A stretch of DNA of 18,680 bases from Ginkgo biloba (lineage: Eukaryota > Plantae > Ginkgophyta). Under the pieces are notes generated by a model. The model was not told the origin of the DNA and searched no databases. It worked only from the letters and a program-made list of their open reading frames with translations. The DNA lies in assembly GCA_024626585.2 (NCBI GenBank), contig JANKJI020000002.1, positions 261,421,835 to 261,440,514 of the forward strand, written 5' to 3'. The translations under genes and the position numbers were made by a program. Of the stretch, positions 1 through 11,435 are shown in pieces (position 1 is the stretch's first letter; every line of letters starts with the position of its first letter).

Positions 1-1673
1 TGCCTTCATACAAAATAGGTGCCCAAATTATATTATAACTACTATACTAAGGTTAAGACTTGAGGGTCCTAACATACAATCAGAATGGAAATGGCAGTAT
101 GTAGGTTATTTATAACAAAATTATGAGTACTAATGAAGGATACTATAATTCCCAACTCAAGACTAAGGAAAATCTTAGAGTAGTTAATAAATTATCTCAA
201 GAAGTTTTAAAAAAGAAAGGTGAGTTGGTAACACGGCTGGAGTGAACCAGGAAATATTACAAATAACATTTTGATAAAGAGAAGGATCTAGCTTGGAAAA
301 ATATAGAAAAGGTAAGGAAGATACCAATGTATAAATATTTGAAGGTCTAGTGGAAGTCATCCTCAAGAAATGGGATGAGATAGGCAACAAAAATGGGAAG
401 CTTGATGTTAAGACAAATAAGATCCATAGAATCTAAAGTGATTATAGACATCTCTAACTATCACTAAAAATTTTCTATAATTCTCAAGTTTTTTAATGCA
501 AGAAAAGGGAATCCTGATTACTTTTTTTATGGCATATTTTCCTATAAGTATGACAAGTTTTCTCTACTATGTTTTATGTTTCCTTAAATATGTTATGGAT
601 TTCCCTAGTAATGCTATAGGATTTTTTAAATATATAAAAGTTTTGATCTTCTTCTTTTTCTCATGTGTGAACTACTACACATGAATGATATTAGGAATCT
701 AAAATCCACAATAGAATACCTATATAAACAAGTTTACTTCCACTCTCAAAGGTAGGATTAGAAGAAACATGTATTACGAATAGGAATCGAAGAATATCGT
801 GAAGGAAGAAGAAGAATTTGGATAGAGAATAATAATGTTTTATTCATGAGGACTCTCACAACTTAAGAGAAGAGTAAAAAGACTCAATAATGAATGATTG
901 ATATAATACAAAGGTCAAGTCTCTCTCTTAATTAGATGAACCATGGTATACAATTAATCATTATAGTCTATAGAGTATAATCATGCAACCATCTATTTAA
1001 ATTAGGATGTTTTTCCATGAAAATAATCCTCTGGTGCATGTGAGTGCTACCCACGAGAAAAGATTCATTACATAAAAAATCCTAATGAAGCAAGATGAGG
1101 ATAAGTTCCTCATAAACTAGCCTCTAGGTCATGTAGCCCAACAAACAATTTAGACCATATAACCTCCCCTCTAAAGTTCTAAGCCCTCTTAATCTCATAA
1201 GAATTTCTAGAATCAACCATAAGACGTCTTATCAAATATTTGAGACCTTTATGGGCTCATTGATAATTCTATAAAAAGAATTATATTACTAAATGCCATA
1301 TTTTTATCATATTTGAATGATATTAATAGGAAATGAGAATAATATAAACTTGAAAGATTGTATAGATAATAATTATTAATCTATACTCTTACACTAAACA
1401 AATGGTATATCTAACTACAATAACCCTCTTTAATGAAGAAAGGATAAATCAATAAAATACAATTTAATAGTTCAATTAAAGTTTTTATAATATTTAATAT
1501 AATATCATAATATGTATATAACTATATTGTATTATACTAAAAGTATTAGTATGTCCAACCACCCCCCTTTTTAAATAAGAAAGAATGAATTAACTAAATA
1601 TAAAATAATTTAATTAAAATTTTAATAATACATAATTTTACATCATAATATGTATTTGTTATTATATTATTGA

Positions 1674-2351
1674 NNNNNNNNNNNNNNNNNNNNNNNNNNN
1701 NNNNNNNNNNNNNNNNNNNNNNNNNNNNNNNNNNNNNNNNNNNNNNNNNNNNNNNNNNNNNNNNNNNNNNNNNNNNNNNNNNNNNNNNNNNNNNNNNNNN
1801 NNNNNNNNNNNNNNNNNNNNNNNNNNNNNNNNNNNNNNNNNNNNNNNNNNNNNNNNNNNNNNNNNNNNNNNNNNNNNNNNNNNNNNNNNNNNNNNNNNNN
1901 NNNNNNNNNNNNNNNNNNNNNNNNNNNNNNNNNNNNNNNNNNNNNNNNNNNNNNNNNNNNNNNNNNNNNNNNNNNNNNNNNNNNNNNNNNNNNNNNNNNN
2001 NNNNNNNNNNNNNNNNNNNNNNNNNNNNNNNNNNNNNNNNNNNNNNNNNNNNNNNNNNNNNNNNNNNNNNNNNNNNNNNNNNNNNNNNNNNNNNNNNNNN
2101 NNNNNNNNNNNNNNNNNNNNNNNNNNNNNNNNNNNNNNNNNNNNNNNNNNNNNNNNNNNNNNNNNNNNNNNNNNNNNNNNNNNNNNNNNNNNNNNNNNNN
2201 NNNNNNNNNNNNNNNNNNNNNNNNNNNNNNNNNNNNNNNNNNNNNNNNNNNNNNNNNNNNNNNNNNNNNNNNNNNNNNNNNNNNNNNNNNNNNNNNNNNN
2301 NNNNNNNNNNNNNNNNNNNNNNNNNNNNNNNNNNNNNNNNNNNNNNNNNNN
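1674..2351. other. Largest N-run (assembly gap or masking); about 14 N-runs occur in the window, several of ~100 nt
   Basis: Directly visible. The ~100-nt runs suggest placeholder gaps of unknown size. Confidence 0.9.
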
Positions 2352-2386
2352 GTACCTTCCTAACTTATGCAATTAAATATCATTAG

Positions 2387-2480
2387 TTGGTTGGTTTATG
2401 AGCTTGCCTAAATTTTTTCAAATAAAAAACTTGTAATATTTTTGTTTGAAACAATTTAGGCAAGCTCATAAACCAACCAA
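2387..2480. repeat. Near-perfect inverted repeat (42-bp arms, 10-nt loop); MITE-like or hairpin-RNA candidate
   Basis: 2387-2428 ttggttggtttatgagcttgcctaaattttttcaaataaaaa versus the reverse complement of 2439-2480, ttggttggtttatgagcttgcctaaattgtttcaaacaaaaa: 40/42 identical. Confidence 0.92.
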
Positions 2481-2498
2481 TTGAACTAATTAGTTCAA
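2481..2498. repeat. Perfect 18-bp palindrome abutting the hairpin
   Basis: ttgaactaattagttcaa equals its own reverse complement. Confidence 0.9.
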
Positions 2499-2520
2499 GC
2501 AAAAAAATTGTAAGTAAGTA

Positions 2521-2577
2521 TCCAATAGTAGTCCAAGTGGTATAGAGTCGATGCTTTCACCATCAAGACCAAAGTTC
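2521..2577 (+). mobile_element. tRNA-Glu(TTC)-derived SINE head or tRNA pseudogene (3' part lost in an N-run)
   Basis: tccaatagtagtccaagtggtatagagtcgatgctttcaccatcaagaccaaagttc resembles plant tRNA-Glu (TCC..GTAGTC..TGGT..CTTTCACC..AGACC..GTTC). It has an A-box-like tagtccaagtgg, an anticodon arm gatg-CTTTCAC-catc, and a B-box start gttc at the gap edge. Confidence 0.65.
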
Positions 2578-3392
2578 NNNNNNNNNNNNNNNNNNNNNNN
2601 NNNNNNNNNNNATGTATTGAGCGAAATTATGACTCATATTGTTCCAAGTGTCAATAGGTAAAAAAAATTATTATATATACATTTTTTTCTTACAAATAAA
2701 GTTATATGTAATATTTTATAATTTTTAGAATAATCAACTTTCAAATAAAATTATGGAAAATATATATGGTTTTAGTATTTGGTCAAGAAAAAATGTTGTA
2801 TAGTTTTCTATTAGTTTTAAAATGAGTCTAAAAGGACAAAAAATGGAGCTATCATTTGCACGTTATGGACAAAATAGTAAAGGCCTATAATAAAGTGGAA
2901 AAAATGGAGAGACATTTTAGAAGGGCATTTCCAACAACCACGTAACAATAACACTATTAAGATACCACCGCGAATGTTGGCTATCCATATTCTAAAAAAT
3001 AGAATGGTTCATATTTCCTTTGGAGGGAGTTAAAAACCTAAGCCAAAAACTTATAATTTTAGAGTGGGTATAATAGTTTTGGTACTCTTTTTTTCATGGT
3101 GTTGGAGAAGAACATAGAGAAAATCTTATAATAGGACCTCATATGCACCAGTTAGCTTTGGTTGATAAATATACAAAGGTAATATTATATTTATGTATAC
3201 CTATGTATCTATCTAAATATATTTTAATGGGATTATTCTTGTCATTCTAGTAATTTCTTTATGTTATTCAATTGAATGTAAATCTTTGGTAGTAATTTTA
3301 TTTGATAGTATAAATTTATCAAACCTCATCCTTTTTAGAGGTGGTTGGTCCCTCTCTCTAAAGTGGCCATTAGCACCCATTAGGTGGAATTA

Positions 3393-3935
3393 TTGGTATC
3401 AAATATTTTTGGTAAGATTTGAAGTTAGAAAAATAAATGTGGATGATAAGTATATACAAGAGGAAAGATATTAAAAGAAAAGAATCCTCCTCTTTACCTA
3501 GACCCAATAAGAAGGACATATAGGAATACTGTATCTATGAAAAAGGAAGCAGTTGATAATGGCAAATAAATACTGATGTAGATTATATAAGAGGCTTTAA
3601 GAAAGAAGAGAGCTAATTTAATTGCTAAGTTTGCATCCATAATGAATGAGAGCAAGCCCCACAAGTCCCAAGATTCTAAATACTTTATATCCAAGGTGCT
3701 TAGAGGAAAGATACATTTCAAGGTAAAAACTCATATAGAAATTCCATCTTTTAATGGTGAATTTAATGCTGAAGCATTAGATTTTTAGATTCACCAACTA
3801 AAACTCTATCTTAATGTCAATTAATTAAGTTAAAGAGATAAAATCAATTTTACAAGGCTCAGATTCAACCAAAATTCTTTATTTTGGTGGAGGTTAATTT
3901 ATAAACAAAGAGAGGAAATACATGAATATCTAGTG
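3393..3935 (+). mobile_element. Degenerate Ty3/gypsy LTR retrotransposon 5' internal region: PBS(Met)-like site plus gag N-terminus
   Basis: ttggtatca at ~3393 resembles the tRNAiMet PBS TGGTATCA. From ~3705 the frame reads GKIHFKVKTHIEIPSFNGEFNAEALDF*IHQLKLYLNVN*LS*RDKINFTRLRF...WW, matching the gypsy gag pattern IPxFxGxxxxExLxxW...K(I)xFAxL...WW, with stops. The upstream ~2975-3392 may be the LTR. Confidence 0.65.
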
Positions 3936-4139
3936 NNNNNNNNNNNNNNNNNNNNNNNNNNNNNNNNNNNNNNNNNNNNNNNNNNNNNNNNNNNNNNNNN
4001 NNNNNNNNNNNNNNNNNNNNNNNNNNNNNNNNNNNACTGTGCAATTGCACGGTGCCATGTGTTGTAAGTTGTCCTACCAGGACTTTGAATATAGGCTAAC
4101 CATTTGACGACAAACATTGTCAAGATTAGAAAAAGGTAT

Positions 4140-4855
4140 CTGCGAGTTTAGATGAGACAAAAAAAAAGAGTAATTTTCTATCGATTTTTATATTTATCTT
4201 GTGATTCACGGTGGACCATAGTGAACTCATGGTAAATCAATGAAAACCATGGCGTTTGACGTGGCAGATTAGAAATGGGTACTGCGTTCTTGAATCTTCC
4301 TGCGCATTTAGATGAGACAAAAAGAGTAATTTCCTATCAATTTTTATATTTAACGTGTGGTTCACGGTGGACCATAGTGAACTAATGGTCAATGACAACC
4401 ATGGCGTTTGACGTGGCAGATTAGAAATGGGTAATTGTGTGTTTTCTTTGAATCTTCCCGCGCATTTAGATGAGACAAAAAAAGTAGTTTCCTATCAATT
4501 TTTATTTAATTTGTGGTTCACGGTGGACCATAGTAAACTAATGGTCAATGACAACCATAGCATTTGACGAAAAATGTTTTCCTTGAATCTTCCTGTGCAT
4601 TTAGATGAGACAAAAAGAGTAATTTCCTATCAATTTTTATTTAACTTGTGGTTCACAGTGGACCATAGTGAACTAATGGTCAATGACAACCATGGCATTT
4701 GACGTGGCAGATTAGAAAAGCGTTTTCCTTGAATCTTCCCGTGCATTTAGATGAGACAAAAAGAGTAATTTCTTATCGATTTTTATATTTAACTTGTGGT
4801 TCACGGTGGACCATATTGAACTAATAAAGGTCAATGACAACCATGGCGTTTGACA
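4140..4855. repeat. Tandem array of five ~135-160-bp units
   Basis: The anchor gatgagacaaaa recurs at 4151, 4311, 4469, 4604 and 4750 (spacings 160, 158, 135, 146). Each unit contains gtggttcacggtggaccatagtgaactaatggtcaatgacaaccatggcgtttgac with few changes. Confidence 0.95.
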
Positions 4856-7800
4856 AGAACGAACGTATGGACAATCTACGTATTGGAACCAATTTTGTTT
4901 GATAGAAAACATAATAACATTGGTCGGCTTTACCAGCAATATATTTTGTCATTTTCATCCAATAATGTCAATGAGGTTGATTCTAGTAATCCTTGAACTA
5001 TGTAACTATTAGTCAAGCTTTAGCATTGAAATTCAAACATGTAGTTAAACACACTATGAGAATGTGAGCTTCAAGTGTTCATACTTATTGCATTGACAAT
5101 CCAATTCGCAAGACAATGAAGAGCAAGTTGCGTCATATTATTTACACTAGAAACGTTTCAAGTTTTACTCTTACATTTCTTAAAGGTTGCATATTTGATT
5201 TGACCATCTATAACATGTTTGACCTCTAGCAAAATAAATCAATATAAGTTGGTTGAATGAATATTTATGCATGAAAGGCTCATATAAGGGCAACTCCATC
5301 TAGAGGTTTATTTGGATGTGTTTCTAGCTATTTATGCTTTCTATGATTCATGGGATGATTTAATGACTTAAAAAACCTTTCCTTTCATTACACAAAACTG
5401 ATTGCCCTACTTTAGCAGAAATCCTAGATTAGTGTCTAGGGGCAACATAGTTTGATAGTTGGGATTCTNNNNNNNNNNNNNNNNNNNNNNNNNNNNNNNN
5501 NNNNNNNNNNNNNNNNNNNNNNNNNNNNNNNNNNNNNNNNNNNNNNNNNNNNNNNNNNNNNNNNNNNNNNNNNNNNNNNNNNNNNNNNNNNNNNNNNNNN
5601 NNNNNNNNNNNNNNNNNNNNNNNNNNNNNNNNNNNNNNNNNNNNNNNNNNNNNNNNNNNNNNNNNNNNNNNNNNNAACAACAACGCCAGATGATTCGCAC
5701 TCACCAGTGAACATTACAGTATTTAAAGGGGGAAATACATTTGTTATTGAAACTAGGAAGACGGTAGAGAGCAGACCCCCTAATCTCAATTGGCAAGATG
5801 GAAATAGTATGATGAGACTAAGACGTCGACATTACTTGACCCTTCAATCCCATTGGTAGCTCTGAAATAGGACAAACTAAGAAACATGTATCTCTGGGTA
5901 TCTTTTAAGAAAAATAGAGAAGGAGCAACTGAACGCATCACTTCGCAATCAGACGACAAAACCAAACTTGTCATGCAAAACAATAACATTCAGGTTCTAT
6001 TTTCCATAGCCTCCAACAACATGACTAGATGAAGAACTAAGGAGAAACATAGTTGTGCGAATAATCATGGAAAACAACTATCTCCAGACTCATATCACAG
6101 CATTACCAGAAACATGAAGTCTAGAAATTTAGTTTTCATTAAAATAATATGCAAATACAACTCCCACTTGGGTTTCATATCCCAAAACATTACATCTTGA
6201 TGCCCATTCATAGGCTACAATGCTTGAGACCAGACTGAACCTGTAACCATAAACTGAAATCCATCGACTTCTTTCTCTCCAAGAGGAAGGAAAAGCACTG
6301 AGATGAGAAGAGAGAAGAAGCTCCACCCTAGACCTCCACCAACTCCTAAACTAAAGAGGGATCAAGATCATTGAAATGGCCAATTTTCTCCCTTTTATAA
6401 TTTCCTTCACCTATCATCCTTTGGTAACCGCTTATTGAACCTATCAGCTAGTTGATTGCATGTAAGGTTACATTTGCATGGAATGATCTACTCTGTAACT
6501 ACCAAAGTGGTGGACAAATGAAGCNNNNNNNNNNNNNNTAGAGAAAGCCAGGACCAAGGGACAGTCATTTCCTTTCCTAGGTTGGATGCCTCCTTGGTAC
6601 AGCCAGGAAGAAAATACAGCAAGGACCGAGGAGCATGTGACTTTTAAAATCTACTTTGAAAAACAAGCACTTTTAACTATTTTTGGGGCCCATGCGGTCT
6701 TGACCGTAACTTTTGAATACCAACTCCATTTTTCATCTTCTTGGGCTTGTTCTAAATCCTGTAGAAATTACTACAACTTTTACCTTATGGGTCTTTGGCN
6801 NNNNNNNNNNNNNNNNNNNNNNNTCTAAAAACTAGCCATTTCGTAAAAAATGACGAAATGGTCCAGTCTTTGAAAATGGGCTAACTTTACAGAATTAATT
6901 GCTCTCCTCGACCAAGCATGCATGATGGGTTTTGAGAAGGATCATGAATTTATAGATATGATTTGTGCACCATCTTCTTATGAGCTATGTGCTTTGTCAA
7001 ACCAACTCTAGGATTCTAAAATTGCATCTAAAAAGGTAGGGGGGGGGAGCAGGATGGGGTCATTGACCNNNNNNNNNNGGTCAACATAGATTTTTATGGA
7101 TAATTATCGCATGCATAGTAGGGTGTCTCCATTTAGAGACTTATTATGGTTCATTTATGCTTGTAAATGTTTTTATGCTATATGGACTAATTAATTAATA
7201 TAAAAAAATCCGTCCTTCCCCATGTAAATATGGAAACCTTAGCTTTTGGGATCTAAGGTGACATGGTTGGATAACTAAGTTTATATTGGGGGATCATTGA
7301 TATATCTTATGGTTTATTTATCCATTCATCTTGCATGCACGTTTGGGGATAAACTAATAAAGGGTTGAAAGATAGCTAAAGATAAGGATTTGTAACACAC
7401 TCATGATTTGCTCTTAGGGTGGCTAGTTATATGGCTATGATTATATCCATATGCTTGGATTAGACCTCACCAACACTTAATCAATGATATGACTATTGCT
7501 ATAGTTAGATGGTTCAAATAAATCCCCCCACTAATTAATATAACTAAATCTATCAGTAGAGTGGAATCCTACATATTAGGGTATCCTAGTGCCAAAAGAA
7601 GGGAGAAACTAACCTAAGTCCTAAAACCTTTACTATCATTGGGATTGAGAGCTAGATTATACCAAATCATTAATAGTAGCTAAGTGTTAATGGTGTGGAT
7701 TATTTTTCTATTAGAGGTTTGGCTACAAATATAATAATCCCTTTNNNNNNNNNNNNNNNNNNNNNNNNNNNNNNNNNNNNNNNNNNNNNNNNNNNNNNNN

Positions 7801-7889
7801 NNNNNNNNNNNNNNNNNNNNNNNNNNNNNNNNNNNNNNNNNNNNAGCCATATCCATGGGATCATGTGCTAGCCCTCCAAAGGAACGATA

Positions 7890-8610
7890 GCACATCAATC
7901 CAAAATAGTCGTCAATACCTTCTATTTAACCTGCATCCTAAAGGTGAAGAGACCCTCAATGTCCTTGCTCTTCTCTTTGGTTTTAAAAAGATTTATAGTA
8001 AAATATGGCTCATCAAAAGTGACAATAAAATCATTCAATTATTTCTTCCTTTTATGTTTCTTCTTTCCTTGATACAACAATATAGGTTCCTTCTCAAGAT
8101 GAAGCTTTAAAAAATTAGCTTCATCGCGTCGAACCTTACCACAGTGCCCGCATTTATTTTACTTATCAAATCTTATACTCTTCTTAACTTTATTCAAAGA
8201 AGTATATGATGATGTAAAATTAAGCTTTGGCTTGACCTTACCCTAGAATTTTTTTGAATCTTCCTCCTAGATTTAATCTTGGAAACAAACCCATATGCCT
8301 CTTGTAGGCTATGAATAGAAAAAAATTCTAGTTCATGCCTAAGATGATTATGTAAACCTCTAATAAACATTAGTATCATCTTGTTGTTTGATTCCTTAAT
8401 ATCCAACTAAGTTGTGAGATTTTGATACTCTTCATAATAATACTCTAAACTCTATCTTTGACCCTACTTGAGATGATGCCATTTGAAGAAAATTCATCCT
8501 TATATCCACGAGGATAATTTTATTTTTTCAAGTCCTTCTTAAAATCACTTAAAGAAGAAATAGGTAACTTCCCTACCTGCTCTCCGGTCATACAAAAATA
8601 CTCCCACTAA
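7890..8610 (-). mobile_element. Degenerate Ty3/gypsy gag (capsid C-half and zinc knuckle) running into the start of the protease region
   Basis: The minus strand reads L*WEYFCM...FKKDLKK*NYPRGY...KWHHLK*GQR*SLEYYYEEY...MFIRGLHNHLRHELEFFSIHSLQEAYGFVSKI, then a decayed CCHC knuckle KCGHCGKVRRDEANF-LKLH (~8100-8160), then EGLFTFRMQVK (~7925-7960). Many stops and frameshifts. Confidence 0.75.
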
Positions 8611-9831
8611 AGTAGTGTTGAAAATGTATTGTATACTTTGCATGTTTTACACCAACGTAAATGTTACACCCCTAAGTATTGTACACCCCACCACAAATTT
8701 TTTGGGTCGTTATAGGGGTCCCTGGTTTTGAGCCCACAGTTATGTATTACTGCTTGGTAGTTTCTATCACAGACCAGGAAATAAGGGTCAGAGAATGTTC
8801 AAAAGAGGCTTATGGAGGGGCTAAATTGACTCTTACAGTGAAAAAGAAGGCTAAAAAGGTGTTAAACCATGAGTCAAGCATGTTAATTCTTAATTTGATG
8901 GCAAATAGTGATGGTAAGNNNNNNNNNNNNNNNNNNNNNNNNNNNNNNNNNNNNNNNNNNNNNNNNNNNNNNNNNNNNNNNNNNNNNNNNNNNNNNNNNN
9001 NNNNNNNNNNNNNNNNNNTTGCATGATGTAATCTTTCATATTTTCAAGAAATGATGAAAATTATGTGTATATATATTTTTGATATATATACACATATTTG
9101 CAACAACAAAAATTTTATTTTGAAAGCGGTGAACCTTGCGCCTATAACTTCAAATTTTGACTTCATCTGCAAAATTTTGTCTTCCAACTCCCTATGATGA
9201 TGTCTCTATGATTCATGCTCCGTATTTAAGCAACTTTTGCTCATAAATCTTCGTCTCTCCAACTCCATTTGGCTTCTCCTCACGTCAAACGGCTTTCATG
9301 TTTTCTTCTCGAGTGTGTGTTGCTTTCGTATTTTCTTCTCAGTGTGGATGTGCATCTTCCCTGTAATTCAGGTTTCTCCCTGGGCGTCTCGCAGTCACCA
9401 CCCATGTTCGTTGCAAGGTTTCTATCACACGACTGGATCTGTCCCTTCAAAACGCATGATTTCTCTATGTGATTTTTTGGATGCGCGGCTTCTCTTCTCT
9501 TATTCGCATTCTTTCAAAATCTCGTGGTTCTCCCACCTGAGTGCAAAGTTCCCATTCACATCTGCAATCTTTGAAGATAGGGTGCATTCCTAAGGTATAC
9601 TTTGCCTCCTCCCAGTAACCACTGAGTGGTTCTCTTCTCAAAATAGACAATTGCATACTCCACAGCGTCACGAGAATCGTCAATTATTATTCTCAGTGTT
9701 GGTGGTCCTTCTCCTTCTCACGTGAAGACTTTCTCTACCTAATACATCTCTTGTCCATGATTGCAGTCTCAATTGTAGTCTCTTGTGTGGCCTTTCAGAC
9801 TGCTAAAAGAACTTATCCAGCAGATGGAGAC

Positions 9832-10080
9832 TGGAATTTTATCTAATGATCCAGCGAATCTCCATTTCTTTCCTTCGTGACAAGCCAATCTAATGAAATT
9901 TGATTGCTTGCAAATGATTTGTACTAAACTAAGTTGAGAAGCATCTAGAAGTAGGGAAAACTTCCAGAAAGATTGAAAATCTGAAGCTCTTAGAAGCTTG
10001 CAATTTGAGCTAGGAATTTTTTTGTCTAATGATCCAAACCATCTCCATTTCTCTCCATAGTAACCCAATTTAATGAAAAC
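9832..10080. repeat. Imperfect ~65-bp direct repeat pair about 180 bp apart
   Basis: ggaattttatctaatgatccagcgaatctccatttct...ccaatctaatgaaa (~9833-9898) versus ggaatttttttgtctaatgatccaaaccatctccatttct...ccaatttaatgaaa (~10013-10078). Confidence 0.75.
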
Positions 10081-10868
10081 ATTCCGTCAAGAGACATGAT
10101 AAAATATTTTAGATTATATTGTGACAATCGGGATATAATAAATACCAATTATTATTTAATTTTTAATATTTCTCATTTTATGATTTTTATATGCGGTTGT
10201 TGGATGGATAGTCTACTCAATTTTTTGGAGTACAGTATATAGATATAGGAGTACATAAAACAATAGTAACAGTATCTCACCAAAAGGAAGAGATGAAGGC
10301 CAAGTGCTTTCAAACTCAGAGAGGTAATAGAAGAACATAGATTGCTGTTTTTCTTCGAGTCTTCATATGGAATAATATATTATCATTTCTNNNNNNNNNN
10401 NNNNNNNNNNNNNNNNNNNNNNNNNNNNNNNNNNNNNNNNNNNNNNNNNNNNNNNNNNNNNNNNNNNNNNNNNNNNNNNNNNNNNNNNNNNNNNNNNNNN
10501 NNNNNNNNNNNNNNNNNNNNNNNNNNNNNNNNNNNNNNNNNNNNNNNNNNNNNNNNNNNNNNNNNNNNNNNNNNNNNNNNNNNNNNNNNNNNNNNNNNNN
10601 NNNNNNNNNNNNNNNNNNNNNNNNNNNNNNNNNNNNNNNNNNNNNNNNNNNNNNNNNNNNNNNNNNNNNNNNNNNNNNNNNNNNNNNNNNNNNNNNNNNC
10701 TCTCAAATCTCCAAAAGGCTTTAATCCCTCCAACAACATCCCTAGCCAATCCTTCAAATACCTGCTCCCGTATTCTCTACAAAGATCACGGCATAACCAA
10801 TTGAGTCAATTTAATAAATCTGGACCAAGACTGTGAAATCGCAGTCAAACCAAAGGATTGTTTCCTTC

Positions 10869-11159
10869 TTATTGATAAGGTCCTGGCGAATGATCGGGTG
10901 GAGGTTTTCTATTTCTGATTCTGTTGCACAGATAAAGCAGGAGTGCAAGGAGAAGCAACAGTACTCCTGCCGGCAAAGCTGATACTAAAGCTATGCTTCT
11001 GGTGCTCCATTTTTTACTATCGGGGATCTTAGGAGGTGACTGGGGAGCAGATGATGAAGTGCAATTGTTACAACAGTTAAGATCAACGAAGGTCATGTTG
11101 CCAGTCCTAGGGCAGACTACTTTGGACCCCTCACAAAAAGGACAAATATTATTTGACGC
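10869..11159 (-). CDS. Terminal exon: 6-Cys module, Ser/Pro stalk, single transmembrane helix, short basic/Pro-rich cytoplasmic tail, stop codon
   Basis: Acceptor tctctgtgcag|GCG at 11159, phase 0 as required. 96 codons + TAA (10871-10869): ASNNICPFCEGSKVVCPRTGNMTFVDLNCCNNCTSSSAPQSPPKIPDSKKWSTR-SIALVSALPAGVLLLLLALLLYLC-NRIRNRKPPPDHSPGPYQ*. The hydrophobic 24-mer (10926-10997) is followed by a positive-inside cluster. The preceding intron is 276 nt (11160-11435). Confidence 0.85.
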   Translation of the reverse strand, partial: ASNNICPFCEGSKVVCPRTGNMTFVDLNCCNNCTSSSAPQSPPKIPDSKKWSTRSIALVSALPAGVLLLLLALLLYLCNRIRNRKPPPDHSPGPYQ

Positions 11160-11435
11160 CTGCACAGAGAAGGAACGAAATTGTCAGTAAATTATACTGA
11201 ATTCCAGGTGAAAATGGAGAATCAAGTAATCTTTCAGTATATGGTTTAACAATGGTTAGTAGCTGGTTTTATGATGAAAAATCTTAAATCTGTAGTGGAC
11301 CCAATAACTGAAAGTTATAGCCATATTGAGCCAGCTTTTGCGCAACAATAACAGTATAAGAAAAAGTGCAATACATTAGTATCCAAAAAAAAAAAGAAGT
11401 TGAGTTTTTTAACAATGTGCGTTTATCTTGCTTAC

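Noticed and set aside
1-1300. Possible LTR-retrotransposon 3' end and LTR sequence
   Set aside because: The composition is suggestive, but I could not identify a reliable motif, PPT or LTR boundary.
1662-2386. Long ORFs spanning N-runs (also 5407-5859, 10342-10836, 14044-14979 and others)
   Set aside because: Artefacts: N-runs contain no stop codons, and the flanking translations are not protein-like.
4140-4855. CRISPR array
   Set aside because: The units are similar along their whole length with no unique spacers, there are no cas genes, and the context is eukaryotic.
5676-7070. Possible LTR/leader sequence of a large retroelement
   Set aside because: Looks repeat-like, but no paired LTR, PBS or coding motif can be demonstrated from the window.
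3700-8610. Idea that the + strand gag N-half (~3700-3935) and the - strand gag C-half (~8100-8610) are one inverted element
   Set aside because: Both include the WW motif but have different downstream sequence, so they are independent copies.
9769-10068. 99-aa ORF with a repeated KWRxxGSLDK peptide as a small protein
   Set aside because: Non-ATG start and no known motif. It is explained by a DNA-level duplication.
10993-11190. 65-aa + strand ORF
   Set aside because: Antisense shadow of the real minus-strand terminal exon.
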